Below are positions 12,421-24,100 of a DNA stretch of 64,000 nucleotides, piece after piece. The stretch covers positions 381,846 to 445,845 of the forward strand of contig NMRA01000018.1 of NCBI GenBank assembly GCA_002633005.1, given 5' to 3'. The notes below the pieces were generated by a model. That model did no database searches and had not been told where the DNA came from. It was given only the letters and a program-made list of their open reading frames with translations. The translations under genes were made by a program, and so were the position numbers. Positions within the stretch are counted from its first letter, which is position 1. Every line of letters begins with the position of its first letter. This stretch comes from Phoronis australis. Its lineage: Eukaryota > Animalia > Phoronida.

Positions 12421-12481
12421 TTTTCTTTCATTTTTTGCTATGCTTTCAAAAATGAAAATACACTTAACGGCACATTTAAAA

Positions 12482-12487
12482 AATAAA
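12482..12487 (+). promoter_or_regulatory. Candidate polyadenylation signal of the SPATA2-like gene
   Basis: AATAAA about 60 nt after the stop codon, followed by T-rich sequence. Confidence 0.4.
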
Positions 12488-13468
12488 AGTCCGACGTTCG
12501 ACGCAACCAGTTATTTTTTTGCATAAAAGCCTGTTTACATCCTTGTTGTATAAATGTTTACAGTTCTGGACAGCTCAGTTGTTGTGAGATATTCGTCTGC
12601 TATTCAAATGGTTAGTAAAACGTTTCACAGCCGGTCCTTGTTTAAAGTGCAGGCATGTCCTCTGACACTTAGCCTGGTTTTTGTTTATAATCGCTCATCA
12701 AACAGTGTTTAGGGTGAAACATCGTTATTTTGTGTCTTTGAGCAACCTGCGTCAGTTTAGGTGCTTATCTTAAAGATACTATTTCCCATTCATTTTTGTT
12801 AAAAACGTCTTGAAACGGATCTTTACACAAACACGTTTTTCGAAACCTAAGCCCAAATAATAGTCCTTCGACATGCCATCGAATTTTTTCAAAATGAACC
12901 AAATGTAATACAGATTTTTTTTTAGCTTAATTTTTATTTTTGGTGTAGTGCAACAAGAAAATACGATGCCGGACGAAGTGTCAATCGAAGATTCGATTGT
13001 CGAATATGAACTTTGAATTTCGCTTATCTCAAGATCGTATATGGGCTTGCGTGAACTTTGAATACCCGAGACAACGCGGGTTCTTCACTCAAATTATCAC
13101 GTTGATGTTACTATAATTTGTTAACGGATAAAATGGGTGCTCATGGGACCAATAATTACAAAAATTGTCTACATTGAACAAGATATTCACCTGATTTCTT
13201 TACGCGATCTTCAGATTAAGCAAAATTCATGTTCACGCACACCAAACAAATAAAGGCAGGCGTTCGGCATAAGATACGTCGTCCTCCGTTTTAAAAGCTT
13301 GCTAAGCGTCCTCTAGGTGACTATTACCGCTTTAAAGTTTTAATTGACGATCAGTTTTGAGTGCTGGAATTATCTACGATCCCCGATGGCTGTTACACAT
13401 TCTCAGTAAAGAAAGATTTTGCTTAACAGGTAAGTCATCAAGGGATGTTCTAGTGTGAAACTTATCTC

Positions 13469-15608
13469 TTAATTAACTATATGTGAATAAGGAAAACGAT
13501 GTTTTTCCACTGTTTAAAACCACTTCCAAAAAGTTTCTAAAACACAGAAAGAGGTGCAAATTACTAATTGTTTTTAGATTTTCATATGTTGTTGCGTGTG
13601 TCAGAGTAAATCAATGCAGCTGTATTCATTTTTATGTCTGGCAATGAAATTGAAATATTTGTTATTCTTTCTAAGGGAGCATATCATCTTCAATGAGAAG
13701 AGCAGGAGAAGGTTGTCTATTCCATTGAAGGTTTCTAAGAGCTTTGACTATATCAACGAGCTGATGAAACTGATTGTGAAAACCCGGTTGTAAGACATGT
13801 CAGACAAGCACCGCCTCCATGAACATATAACAAAATGATTCCCGCATGTTGTCTGACAACATTGCTTTCTTCGAATGATTGCCATTTGTAGAAGTCGTTG
13901 CGCCAAAGAAGCTGCCTAACGGAGGTTATTTAAGATGATATGGCAATTGGGTGTAATTCAATCATGTGCCCTAGTTTGTTGCAGAGGATCATATTAGTGG
14001 AAATACTTTTGGCTGTCAAGGGTCACCTAGAAGCTTCTGTGTGACGTAAAATAATGTATTTGTTCAGCAATGTTTTGCTGCTTAGGCAATTCACATTCAT
14101 TTAAATAATAATGTCATTTATTATGACGTAAATAGATAAAACTAAATAAGACTCTGCAAGATGGGCATGGACAAAACGCCATAATGGCAGCATGGGAATG
14201 CTGACATCGCCCATCCGAGGAAGCGGAACCCGGGCAATAACAAGGTTAGACTATGATAAAATATAGGCACTAATAACGGTACAACAGAAAACTAGGACAC
14301 AAAAGTCTTGAATAAAATAAAACAAGAATGTAACAAATCGCTAAGGAAAATGCAACAATCAATGGAAGTAAAGGTAACTAGAACTAATGACTAGAAATTG
14401 CAAAGCCTGCAACTATAGACCTTCGGCCGCAGGCTGCAACAACAGACCTGACCTAGGGGGCTGAAACCACAAACCCAGAGTTGTGGGAGGGGCTGACAAG
14501 GAAAGTGAGAGAAATGGGGAGCTGCAACAACAGGCTCACCTGGAGTTCAGGAAGCCTGGGGAAGTGGAAAAAGCAGACATGCGAATGTAGTTTTTAGTGC
14601 GTCAGATTTCCAGCGGCCAATGCGCTGCATCACCGGTTCAGGGACGCCACGGCTGGCCGCTGAGGTGGCGGCGCCAATGAGAAAGTTATGTGACGCATAA
14701 GACTTGGTGTCGAGTCCTACAAAGGAAACCACTTTAGTTAACATGGAGTTGAAGCAGGAATGTGTAAGCGGTGACCCACTGAGGTGTTGGAACAAGTGGC
14801 GAGGGCTGAAAAGCAGACAAGGACAAGGTTAGGGCAGCTACCGGGCAATGGGGAGATTGACTGGACGGAATGGTATGTGAGACTGATTCCGAGCTGTGCT
14901 TGAAGGTACGCATAGTGATGACCACAGAATCGACAGAGGGTGAGAAGACGACGTCGCTGACCTGTACGACGGGGGAGGAGAGCGAGGAGGTGACTGTGAA
15001 TTCACCGACTCTGAGGAAGGCATGGAAGGCTAGGAGGAACATGGCACGTGCGAGAACCGAGTTGGCAAAAGAACCGGAGTGCAGAAGGGCAGGCGTCAAA
15101 CGAGCGGTGAAGCAAAGCTGAAATAATCAGCATGCGTGTGTCAGAAGAAGAGCGCAGAGTGGAACCACCTTTGAGGAGTTTTTGATGAAAAAGGAGGAAC
15201 TGGGGTCAGGGAGTTTGTCAAACTTGTGGACAAAACTAATGGCATAGGACTGGATAGACGAGCTACTAAGGCCAGATTCGAAAAGATGGGAGATGCAGTG
15301 GGCCAGGAAAGAGGTATTGATGGGTAAGGTGAGCGGAGAGTTGCTAGATGAGAGGTCATTGTGCGAAGTTATGCAGGATGCGGGTGTAGGACTGAAGAGT
15401 GGAGGGGGCCAGGGAAGCCGGAGCAGTCTGGTCACGTTGTCAGGAGGTGCGGCGGGATCGGTGTCGGATGAGTGAGGGCTGAGCCAAGAACCCTGGGAAA
15501 AGGCGACCTAAAAGGTAAAACAAGAAAGTGCATCAGCGATGATGTTAGCGTAGCAAGGGATATGTTTTGCCCGAAAATGAACGTTAAAGGTAAGAGCGGA
15601 GATGACCA
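13469..15608. repeat. Copy 1 of a near-identical tandem duplicate (copy 2 at 15765-18632); probably an allelic haplotype
   Basis: The two copies are colinear and highly similar. Both end at ...GGAGATGACCA followed by N (15609 and 18633). Copy 1 lacks ~16396-17131. Confidence 0.8.
14107..15608 (-). mobile_element. Ngaro/DIRS-type retrotransposon fragment (RNase H end, tyrosine recombinase, 3' region), frameshifted
   Basis: RAMFLLAFHAFLRVGEF, HCPVAAL and SHNFLIGAAT...GRWKSDA spread over shifted ORFs 14547-15435. Duplicate of 17132-18632. Confidence 0.8.
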
Positions 15609-15609
15609 N

Positions 15610-15768
15610 GGCGGGAAATATGAAAATTGGCAAAATTGAAAGAAAACTCAAAATTTCGAACTAATTACACAAACTAAACATGGGTTTAGCTAAATTTTAC
15701 GTCATACATTTAGTCTGTGGCCACCGGTAATTCAAAATGTGCAAAAATCCATGGTGTGTACTGTTTAA
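15610..15768. mobile_element. Terminal fragment of a TTAA-targeting (Kolobok-like) element
   Basis: Nearly identical to ~27032-27190. Ends ...CATGGTGTGTACTGT-TTAA at the TTAA that is unoccupied in copy 1 (13469-13472). Confidence 0.6.
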
Positions 15769-17131
15769 TTAACTATATGTAGTATATTTTTATATTGTGA
15801 ATAACGAAAACGATGTTTTTCCACTGTTTGAAACCACTTCCAAAAAGTTTCTAAAGCACTGAAAGAGGTGCAAATTACTAATTGTTTTTAGATTTTCATA
15901 TGTTGTGTGTTTCAGAGTAAATCAATGCAGCTGTATTCATTTTTATGTCTGGCAATGAAATTGAAACATTTGTTATTCTTTCAATGAGAAGAGCAGGAGA
16001 AGGTTGTCTATTCCATTGAAGGTTTCTAAGAGCTTTGACTATATCAACGAGCTGATGGAACTGATTGTGAAAACCCGGTTGTAAGACATGTCATACAAGC
16101 ACCGCCTCCATGAACATAAAACAAAATGATTCCCGCATGTTGTCTGACAACATTGCTTTCTTCGAATGATTGCCATTTGTAGAAGTCATTGCGCCAAAGA
16201 AGCTGCCTAACGGAGGTTATTTAAGATGATATGGCAATTGGGTGTAATTCAATCATGTACCCTAGTTTGTTGCAGAGGATCATATTAGTGGAAATACTTT
16301 TGGCTGTCAAGGGTCACCTAGAAGCTTCTGTGTGACGTAAAATAATGTATTTGTTCAGCAATGTTTTGCTGCTTAGGCAATTCACATTCATTTAAAAAAC
16401 CTGCATTTAGACATCTTGAATTTGAGAGCGATAGTGTTGAACATTACTGTATTTTTGAATGGCTTCGCTGTTGGATTAGAAGTTGTGGTTGTAGGTAAAG
16501 GTGTGTGACATGAGTAGCAGATTACTTGCGATAAGTCATTGCAAAAGCTATGGAGCTTTAAGTCAGAAAATGTTGCAACTTTTGATAATGGGCCATGGCC
16601 AAGCAGCCAGGAGACTCTGTCTGTTAAAAGGATATCTTGCTTTGATAATTTTGTCCACTCCTCATTCTGTCACCTGCTAATGCATCATTGACATTTATCA
16701 CGAAAGACAAAAGCGGGGATAGACTAAAAATCATAGCCCTATCTCACTAATTAAACACTATCATGGTCCTTGGTCGGTGATCTTTTCCCACAGTTGCGTA
16801 GGTCATGCTTTGACCGTTTAGCAGACCTTGAAAAAACTTCAAATTTTCCTCAAAGTTTTGAAGGTTGTCGATGGTTACAGAGCATTACTTTGTTGCTGAG
16901 AACTGGATGGGAAGTCACTTTTAGTATCTTTTATTAGGCCAAAACCGGGTTTGGTATCCCGAGTAACGTTTAATTTTTGAGATCTATCCCTTGTCTAGCT
17001 ATGAAACATAATTTTGAAAAGTTCAATCCATGACTGTTTTTTTATGCGCCCACATATTTATTTATCGTAATCTATTTTGCCCGGGGTACGCCACGAGCTA
17101 TGTTGCAGAGTAAAACAAGAGGAGGATTACG

Positions 17132-19595
17132 AATAATGTCATTTATTATGACGTAAATAGATAAAACTAAATAAGACTCTGCAAGATGGGCGTGGACAAA
17201 ACGCTATAATGGCAGCATGGGAATGCTGACATCGCCCATCCGAGGAAGCGGAACCCTGGCAATAACAAGGTTAGACTATGATAAAATATATGTACTAATA
17301 ACGGTATAACAGAAAACTAGAACACAAAAGTCTTGAATAAAAGAACAAGAATATAACGAACCGCTAAGGAAAATGCAACAATCCATGGAAGTAAAGGTAA
17401 CAAGAACTAATGACTAGAAATTGCAAAGCCTGCAACTATAGACCTTCTACCGCAGGCGGCAACAGACCTACGAACGGGAGGCGGTCGGCTGCAACAACAG
17501 ACCTGACCTAGGGGGCTGAAACCACAGACCCAGAGTTGTGGGAGGGGCTGAAATGCAAAGTGAGAGAAATGGGGAGCTGCAACAACAGGCTCATTAGGAG
17601 TTCAGGAAGCCTGGGGAAGAGGAAAAAGCAGACATGCGAATGTAGTTTTTAGTGCGTCAGATTTCCAGCGCCCCATGCGCTGGATCACCGGTTCAGGGAC
17701 GCCACGGCTGGCCGCTGAGGTGGCGGCGCCAATGCGAAAGCTATGTGACGCATAAGACTTGGTGTCGAGTCCTACAAAGGAAACCACTTTAGTCAACATG
17801 GACTTGAAGCAGGAATGTGTAACCGGTGACCCACTGAGGTGTTGGAACAAGGAGCCTGGAGAGGGCTGAAAAGCAGACAAGGACAAGGTTAGGGCTGCTA
17901 CCGGGCAATGGGGAGACTGACTGGACGGAATGGTATGTGAGACTGGTCCCGAGCTGTGCTTGAAGGTACGCATAGTGATGACCACAGAATCGCCAGAGGG
18001 TGGGAAGACGACGTCGCTGACCTGTATGACGGGGGAGGAGAGCGAGGAGGTGACTGTGAATTCACCGACTCTGAGGAAGGCATGGAAAGCTAGGAGGAAC
18101 ATGGCACGTGCGAGAACCGAGTCGGCGAAAGAACCGAGTGCAGACGGGCAGGCGTCAAACAAGCGGTGAAGCAAAGCTGAAATAATAGGCATGCGTGTGT
18201 CAGAAGAGAGCAGATTGGAACCAACTGGGGTTAGGGAGTTTGTCAAGCTTGTGGACAAAACTAATGGCAGAGACATAGGACTGGATAGACGAGCTACTAA
18301 GGCCAGATTCGAGAAGATGAGAGATGTAGTGGGCCAGGAAAGAGGTATTGATGGGCAAGGTGAGCGGAGAGTTGCTAGATGAGAGGTCACTGTGCGAGGT
18401 TATGCAGGATGCGGGTGAAGAGTGGAGGGGGCCAGGGAAGCCTGGAGCAGTCTGGTCACGTTGTCAGGAGGTGCGTCGGGATCGGTGTCGGATGAGTGAG
18501 GACTGAGCCAAGAACCCTGGGAAAAGGCGACCTGAAAGTTAAAACAAGAAAGTGCATCAGCGATGATGTTAGTGTAGCCAGGGATATGTTTTGCCCGAAA
18601 ATGAACGTTAAAGGTAAGAGCGGAGATGACCANNNNNGAGGTCTTGTTGATAATGTCAACGACGGCACGGTTATCGCACAGGAAGAGCATCTTGTGGTTG
18701 GAGAGCTCTAGCGCTATGACGATAGGAAGGAGTTCGTTGAAGGTGATGTGATGGTGTTGCAGGTGCTCGGGCCACGGGCAGGCAAACCAGGAAGCCCCCA
18801 ATGTCGCAGCAAAACCCCCATTGGAGCCTGCAGCATAGAGTACAATTTGAGGGTGTCTGAAGATGTCCACTCGTCGAATAGGAGCAGTGTTTTCCCATTG
18901 AAGCCTCGGAGAAAGATGGACCAAGCCTGAAGGTCCGCTCTAGCTTCTTTCATGAGAGTGACGAAGTGGTCTGGTCTCGAAATTCCAATGGTGAGGTTGA
19001 TGAGGCGGCGCAGGAAGGCGCGGCCGGGCACGATGAAGGAGCAGGCGAAGTTTAGTAGACCAAGGAGGGATTGAAGATCGCGAAGAGTAACCTTGCGGCG
19101 CTTCTGGAAGTCGAGGAGGAGTTTGGAAGCTTTGTCCACCTTGTCCTGTGGGAGAGAAGCAGTCATAGTGGCGGAGTCGAGGTGGAGGCCATAAATGGTG
19201 ATGGAGGTGGTCGGCTGAATTGTCTTGTCGTGGTTGATAGGGATGCCTAGGGAGTCGCAGAGTGATATGAATGGGACGAGGTCCCGGGAGCATGTCGGCT
19301 AGGATGGGGGGCCCACGAAAAAGAAGTCATCGAGGTAGTGCGAAACGCCGGCGACCTTCAACTTGGTTTCCAGGAGCCATTGAGTCGCAGAACTGACCTT
19401 CTCGAAGAAGTTGCAGCTGGAGGCACAGCCAAATGGCAGGCACCTGTCGTAATAAAAGTTGTTGGCCCAGGAGAGACCTAAGAGGTAGTAGTCGTCAGGG
19501 TGCACTGGTACGATGCAAAAAGCGTCCTTGATGTTAGTCTTAGCCATGAGGGAGTGATGTCCAAACCGTTGAACCAGGCGGATAGAGCCCGGTCG
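17132..19595 (-). mobile_element. Ngaro/DIRS-type tyrosine-recombinase retrotransposon, 5'-truncated and decayed (RT, RNase H, YR)
   Basis: RT: KTNIKDAF...LPFGCASSCNFFE...HYLDDFF (19299-19547) and LQSLLGLLNFAC...GRAFLRRL. RNase H: HITFNELLPIV...CDNRAVV...HIPGYTNIIADALS. YR: FLRVGEF...HSFRIGAAT...GRWKSDA (17602-18390). Several frameshifts. YLDDF with no methyltransferase suggests the Ngaro group. Confidence 0.88.
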
Positions 19596-19599
19596 TCTG

Positions 19600-21166
19600 G
19601 GCGTCCGCAGCTGTATCTCCTAAACCCCTCACAGGATCTGATGAGATTTGGCAGATGTGTTCTTATGAAGCTGACAACGGACGACGACGAATTTCAGACC
19701 TTTCCGACTACCGGTGTGCCCCCTAGTGGCAATTTAATTTTTTTTTACGCTTACCTCTGTATCCGTGCTCAACGGATTTTCATAAAATTTGGAAGTTAGG
19801 CATCTATTAGTGAGATGATGCCATCTTCCCGTTTTCGGGCGGATTCAAGGTACTTTGCGCCACCTAGTGGCCATTTTTTACTGTTTTCGAGTCTGTTTTT
19901 TGGCGTCCGCCGTTCTATCAACCAAACCGCTCTAGGAATGATTTTGAAAATTAGCATACATGTTCTTACTGTGAAGAGGGCGACTGACGATGATTTTCCG
20001 ACGACTTCGACAACTGTGGCGCCTCCTAGTGGCATTTTTGTTTGTTTTTGCGCCCATGGCTGTATCTCAGGGTCCTAAATCTTTCACAGGATCTTAATGA
20101 GATTTGGCAGATGTGTTCCCATGAAGCTGACAACAGATGACAACAAACTTCTTACCTCTCCAACTACTGGTGTGCCCCCTGGTGGCAATTTTATTTTTTT
20201 TTACCCTTACCTATGTAGATTTGGAGGTCCTCAACGGATTTTCATAAAATGTGGCAGTTAGAAATCTATTATTGAGATGATGCCATCCTCCCATTTTCGG
20301 ACGTATTCGGGGTACTTTGCGCCACCTAGTGGCCATTTTTACTGTTTTCGTGTCTGTTTTTTGGCGTCCGCCATTCTATCAACCAAACCACTCTAGGTAT
20401 GATTTTGAAAGTTGGCATATATGTTCTTACTGTGAAGAGGGCGGCTGACGATGATTTTTCGATGACTTGGAATACTATGGCGCTTCCTTGTGGCAGTTTT
20501 TTTTGTTTTTGCACCCATGGCTGTATCTTCTAAATGCTCTACAGGATCTTTGTTGAATTTTGCTGGTGTATTTATATGAAGTTGACTACAGAGGACGAAT
20601 CGGGCTACCAATGTGCCCCCAAGTGGCAATTTTAGTTTTTTACGTTTACCTCTTATCTTAAACGATCGTCTATGGATTTTCATAAAATTTGGCAGTTAGG
20701 CATCTGAGGTGACGCTATCATAGGGGTTTCGGTAAAATTCGAGGCATTTTGTGCCACCTTGTGGCCATTTTTACTGTTTTCGAGTCTTGTTATTTGATGT
20801 CTGCCTTTCTGTCAACCAAACCACTCTAAGGATGGTTGTGGAAATTGGCATTTATGTTCCTAATGGGAAGAGGAAGTCTGACGATGATTTTCCGACGACT
20901 TTATCTACTTTGGTGCCTCTTTGTGGCAGTTATGTTTTTTTGCGCTTATAGCCTCATTTTTTCAGTTTCCTTTTTTCAGAAGTTCCTTGACAGATTTTTA
21001 TGAAATTTGGTAAATAGCTTTGATGACACATACAAGTTCTCAGATGGATTCGACATATTTTGTGCCATCTGGTTGCAAATTTTTATGTTCCAAATAAACA
21101 CCCCTAGAAGCACAACGTTAGCGGTGCATTCGTGGCCGCATTTCAACGCTCCGCGTTGCTCTTGTT
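19600..21166 (+). mobile_element. Helentron/HINE-like element with ~10 tandem ~150-bp monomers arranged as a ~450-bp trimeric higher-order repeat
   Basis: The motif recurs at 19716, 19857, 20019, 20172, 20319, 20480, 20613, 20751, 20913 and 21062. Every third unit is most similar (periods 456 and 441). It ends in GCATTTCAACGCTCCGCGTTGCTCTTGTT. The 5' end is lost at the DIRS junction. Confidence 0.7.
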
Positions 21167-24100
21167 GAATTTGGGGCCTGTTGGCCTACAAGTCTGGTTA
21201 TCATGAAGGCAACTTTATGTAATTAAGAAGGCTCTAGGTTCTTGATGCAAGTCAAATTCAAATGGACTTTTTATACTATACTAAGAAATAAAAAGTTCAA
21301 ACTGACTGTGCTTTAGTTTTCTTGGAAATTGGCGTTGTTGCCAACGCACATGCTGCTAAAACTACGCCACATCTATACTCTGTGTACAAAATCACTGGTA
21401 GAATACCGTAGTCTAAAACTTTTCAGAGGTTTATTTTCATCGAGTTTTAGATATTACAATTCAACCTCAGTTGGTATTCTGAGGTGTTAAAAATATGATA
21501 TTTTTTCGGAGCTGAATTTATTCAGCCGAAACGACCTCATGGGAGTCTTGGCTTTTGTTTGTATTGAAGGTGGTTACAATAAATTGCGTAGGCTACTGAA
21601 ATTAACCTGCATTGTAAGCAGCTAAAATGTCCAGGTCTGAATGAATTATGACCTGAGTAACAAAATGAAGCAAATTTTAGATTAGTAGGAGGCCTAGCTA
21701 CTCAGTTTTTAACAGAAGTTGCGGGTTTATTGCCACCTGTATGTAAATTTGACAAAAAACGATAATCCTTGAATGAGATGTACATATTGATTGTTATCAG
21801 AGTTACTACATAAACAACGTGACGGGAACAAAGGAAGTGTGCATTTTGTGAAATGCTTTGAAGAAATACCGAATTCTATTTTATCCTGTTGATAGTTATG
21901 AGGCAGTTGAAACACTGCAAAATTGTTTATAATCATATGACCACCAAACTGAGAAGTAATTTTTTGCTTTGAACATAAACGGACGTCTAAAAAACATAAA
22001 CCGAGGTTGATTTTTTTGTCTTCGAATTATTTGTATTTACTGTCAATAGACATGGGACCCTATAACAGCAGAGATATCAGCCAACAAAGTACCATTTAAA
22101 ATAATCGCCGGTTTTTATTTCGGATGGTCCATGCCTCCAGTGTTCAAAGCAAAATAAAATTCTGAGACATAGTATATTTTACCAATGGAGCATAAAATAA
22201 GAGCAAATTTTCAGACTAATTGATGCAATCGTACTACTTATAAATATATGTTCAAAACTGAAGTGTCAAAAATGAAAGGTATGAAAATGGCTAATAAAGA
22301 CTTCCCTTGCACTTAAAATCCATTGAAGTTTCGTGCAATTCACACATTTGACGCCTAAATAATGCATTGGTGAAATTTTGAGTAGCAATGGGTAATGTAG
22401 ACAACACGTTATGTTAATAATGAATTTGTGAAGAAAAATGTCAACAGAGGTTGACAATTAACATAGCCACTGGATCAATGCTGAAATGTTTGGAACAAGT
22501 TATCTGACACTCGTGTTTTTGGTGCGTCAACCTGAAGTTGTGGCGAAGACCTCCCACTTTGAATCACAGAATTACTCGGGTGACAACACGATTTTAGCAA
22601 TAACAGTGAAATGCTTTCATGTCGCAGACGAAATAACAATTGTGCACCAGCATGTTTCACCAAAATACCAACATTCAATGCTCAGCTACAATTGTGTAGC
22701 CTGCATGTCCTAATGAGTCTGTAAATATTTTTGTTCAAACACAACTGGGCAACTCTGCCCACATGTCTCCCAAAATGTTCATATTGCATTCTGATCGGTC
22801 TCTGGCCTCAGTGCCATACATTTCGTTGCAGTTTGTCTAAGGCAAGTACACCTTCATCCAGGCAAAACACTTAGAAATCCTGAAAGCGTTGGAAAATATA
22901 TTTTCATGCTGTTTATGCATTCTTGCAGATTTGATAAGGAGCTGAGTTGTAACATTTTTTTGTCTCTTGTAAGTGAATTATAAACAACTGCTTGATGAGG
23001 GTTGACATCCTATATTGGACAATCGAAATGTATGGAATTATTTTCATTACTGCAGACTATGAACTCACCAATACTTTTAATTTGTAAATTGACATTTGGC
23101 TGGTTTTCGATGGGATTTGCAACAGAGATTTGATTTGAGTTACTTGGCTAAATATTGGTTTTTTCTTATATGGCTGTACATCTGTTTAAACCAGTTGGAG
23201 ACTCCAAACTAAAGTAGCTATAGGGGTCTTTGAGGCCCTGATAATATTAATATGAACCACCTTAAAAATGGATAAAAGAACAGCCTTCAAAATAGTTCTA
23301 GATAGTTTTGTAAAATGTTTCCCACTGATATATGTAGTCAGTACTGAAAACTTTGTAGTGCGTCAATTTTTAGACAACGGTTTAGTGAATACTTAAAGGT
23401 AATAATGAGACGCAGTTAGCAGCTTGCTGCCCACAGCACAGTTTTATTTTCAGTTGGCATTTCTTGACACCTGTGACAAGGGCACCATGATGGATCTTCT
23501 GATGGTGCTGGGTAATGATACAATGAAGTGAGCTCTGGTAGCCTAAATACTAGACTCTGGTTCTCGCATGGCAACATCCAACAGTAGGTCTCTCAATTCC
23601 CGCTCTTATTTATGTGATTGATTCGACTCTAAAGTGAGAGTAATTCATTGACTACATTCACTCTATTGAGAACAATTTTTTTAAACACTTTAACTTTTAT
23701 TTGTATTAATTGTAGCATTTATTTGCCAACATGTACAAAGACGACCACTGTATGACTATCAGATTTTTCATTGAAATCATCAAAGTGTTAGTTTCACACC
23801 TGTCGTAATACTTTTTCTATCGTCTAGAAGACTTTCGACTTGCAAGTCCCGGTAAACCTCTTGCTTTCCACACCCTCTTTTTTTCCAAACTGGTTGATCT
23901 GATTTGCTTGAAGGTGAATGCTATTGGGAATAAAATGTATTCATTGTTAATCCTTAGGAAATCCACTAGATAAGTACGAGTTATGCAAAGTTTTGTGAAA
24001 TACAATTGATGAGCCAAAATATCTAGCGTTACACAAGTTTTAACTAAAAATCTCAAACAGAGCCTGAATCAGTACAGTGCAATGAGAAGTTGGTCTATAG

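Noticed and set aside
13758-13800. CTGATGA...GAAA as a hammerhead (also candidates near 32519 and 54010)
   Set aside because: No convincing stem II, stem I or cleavage triplet.
19600-21166. CRISPR-like array
   Set aside because: The sequences between the recurring motifs are themselves homologous (period ~450), the context is eukaryotic and there are no cas genes.
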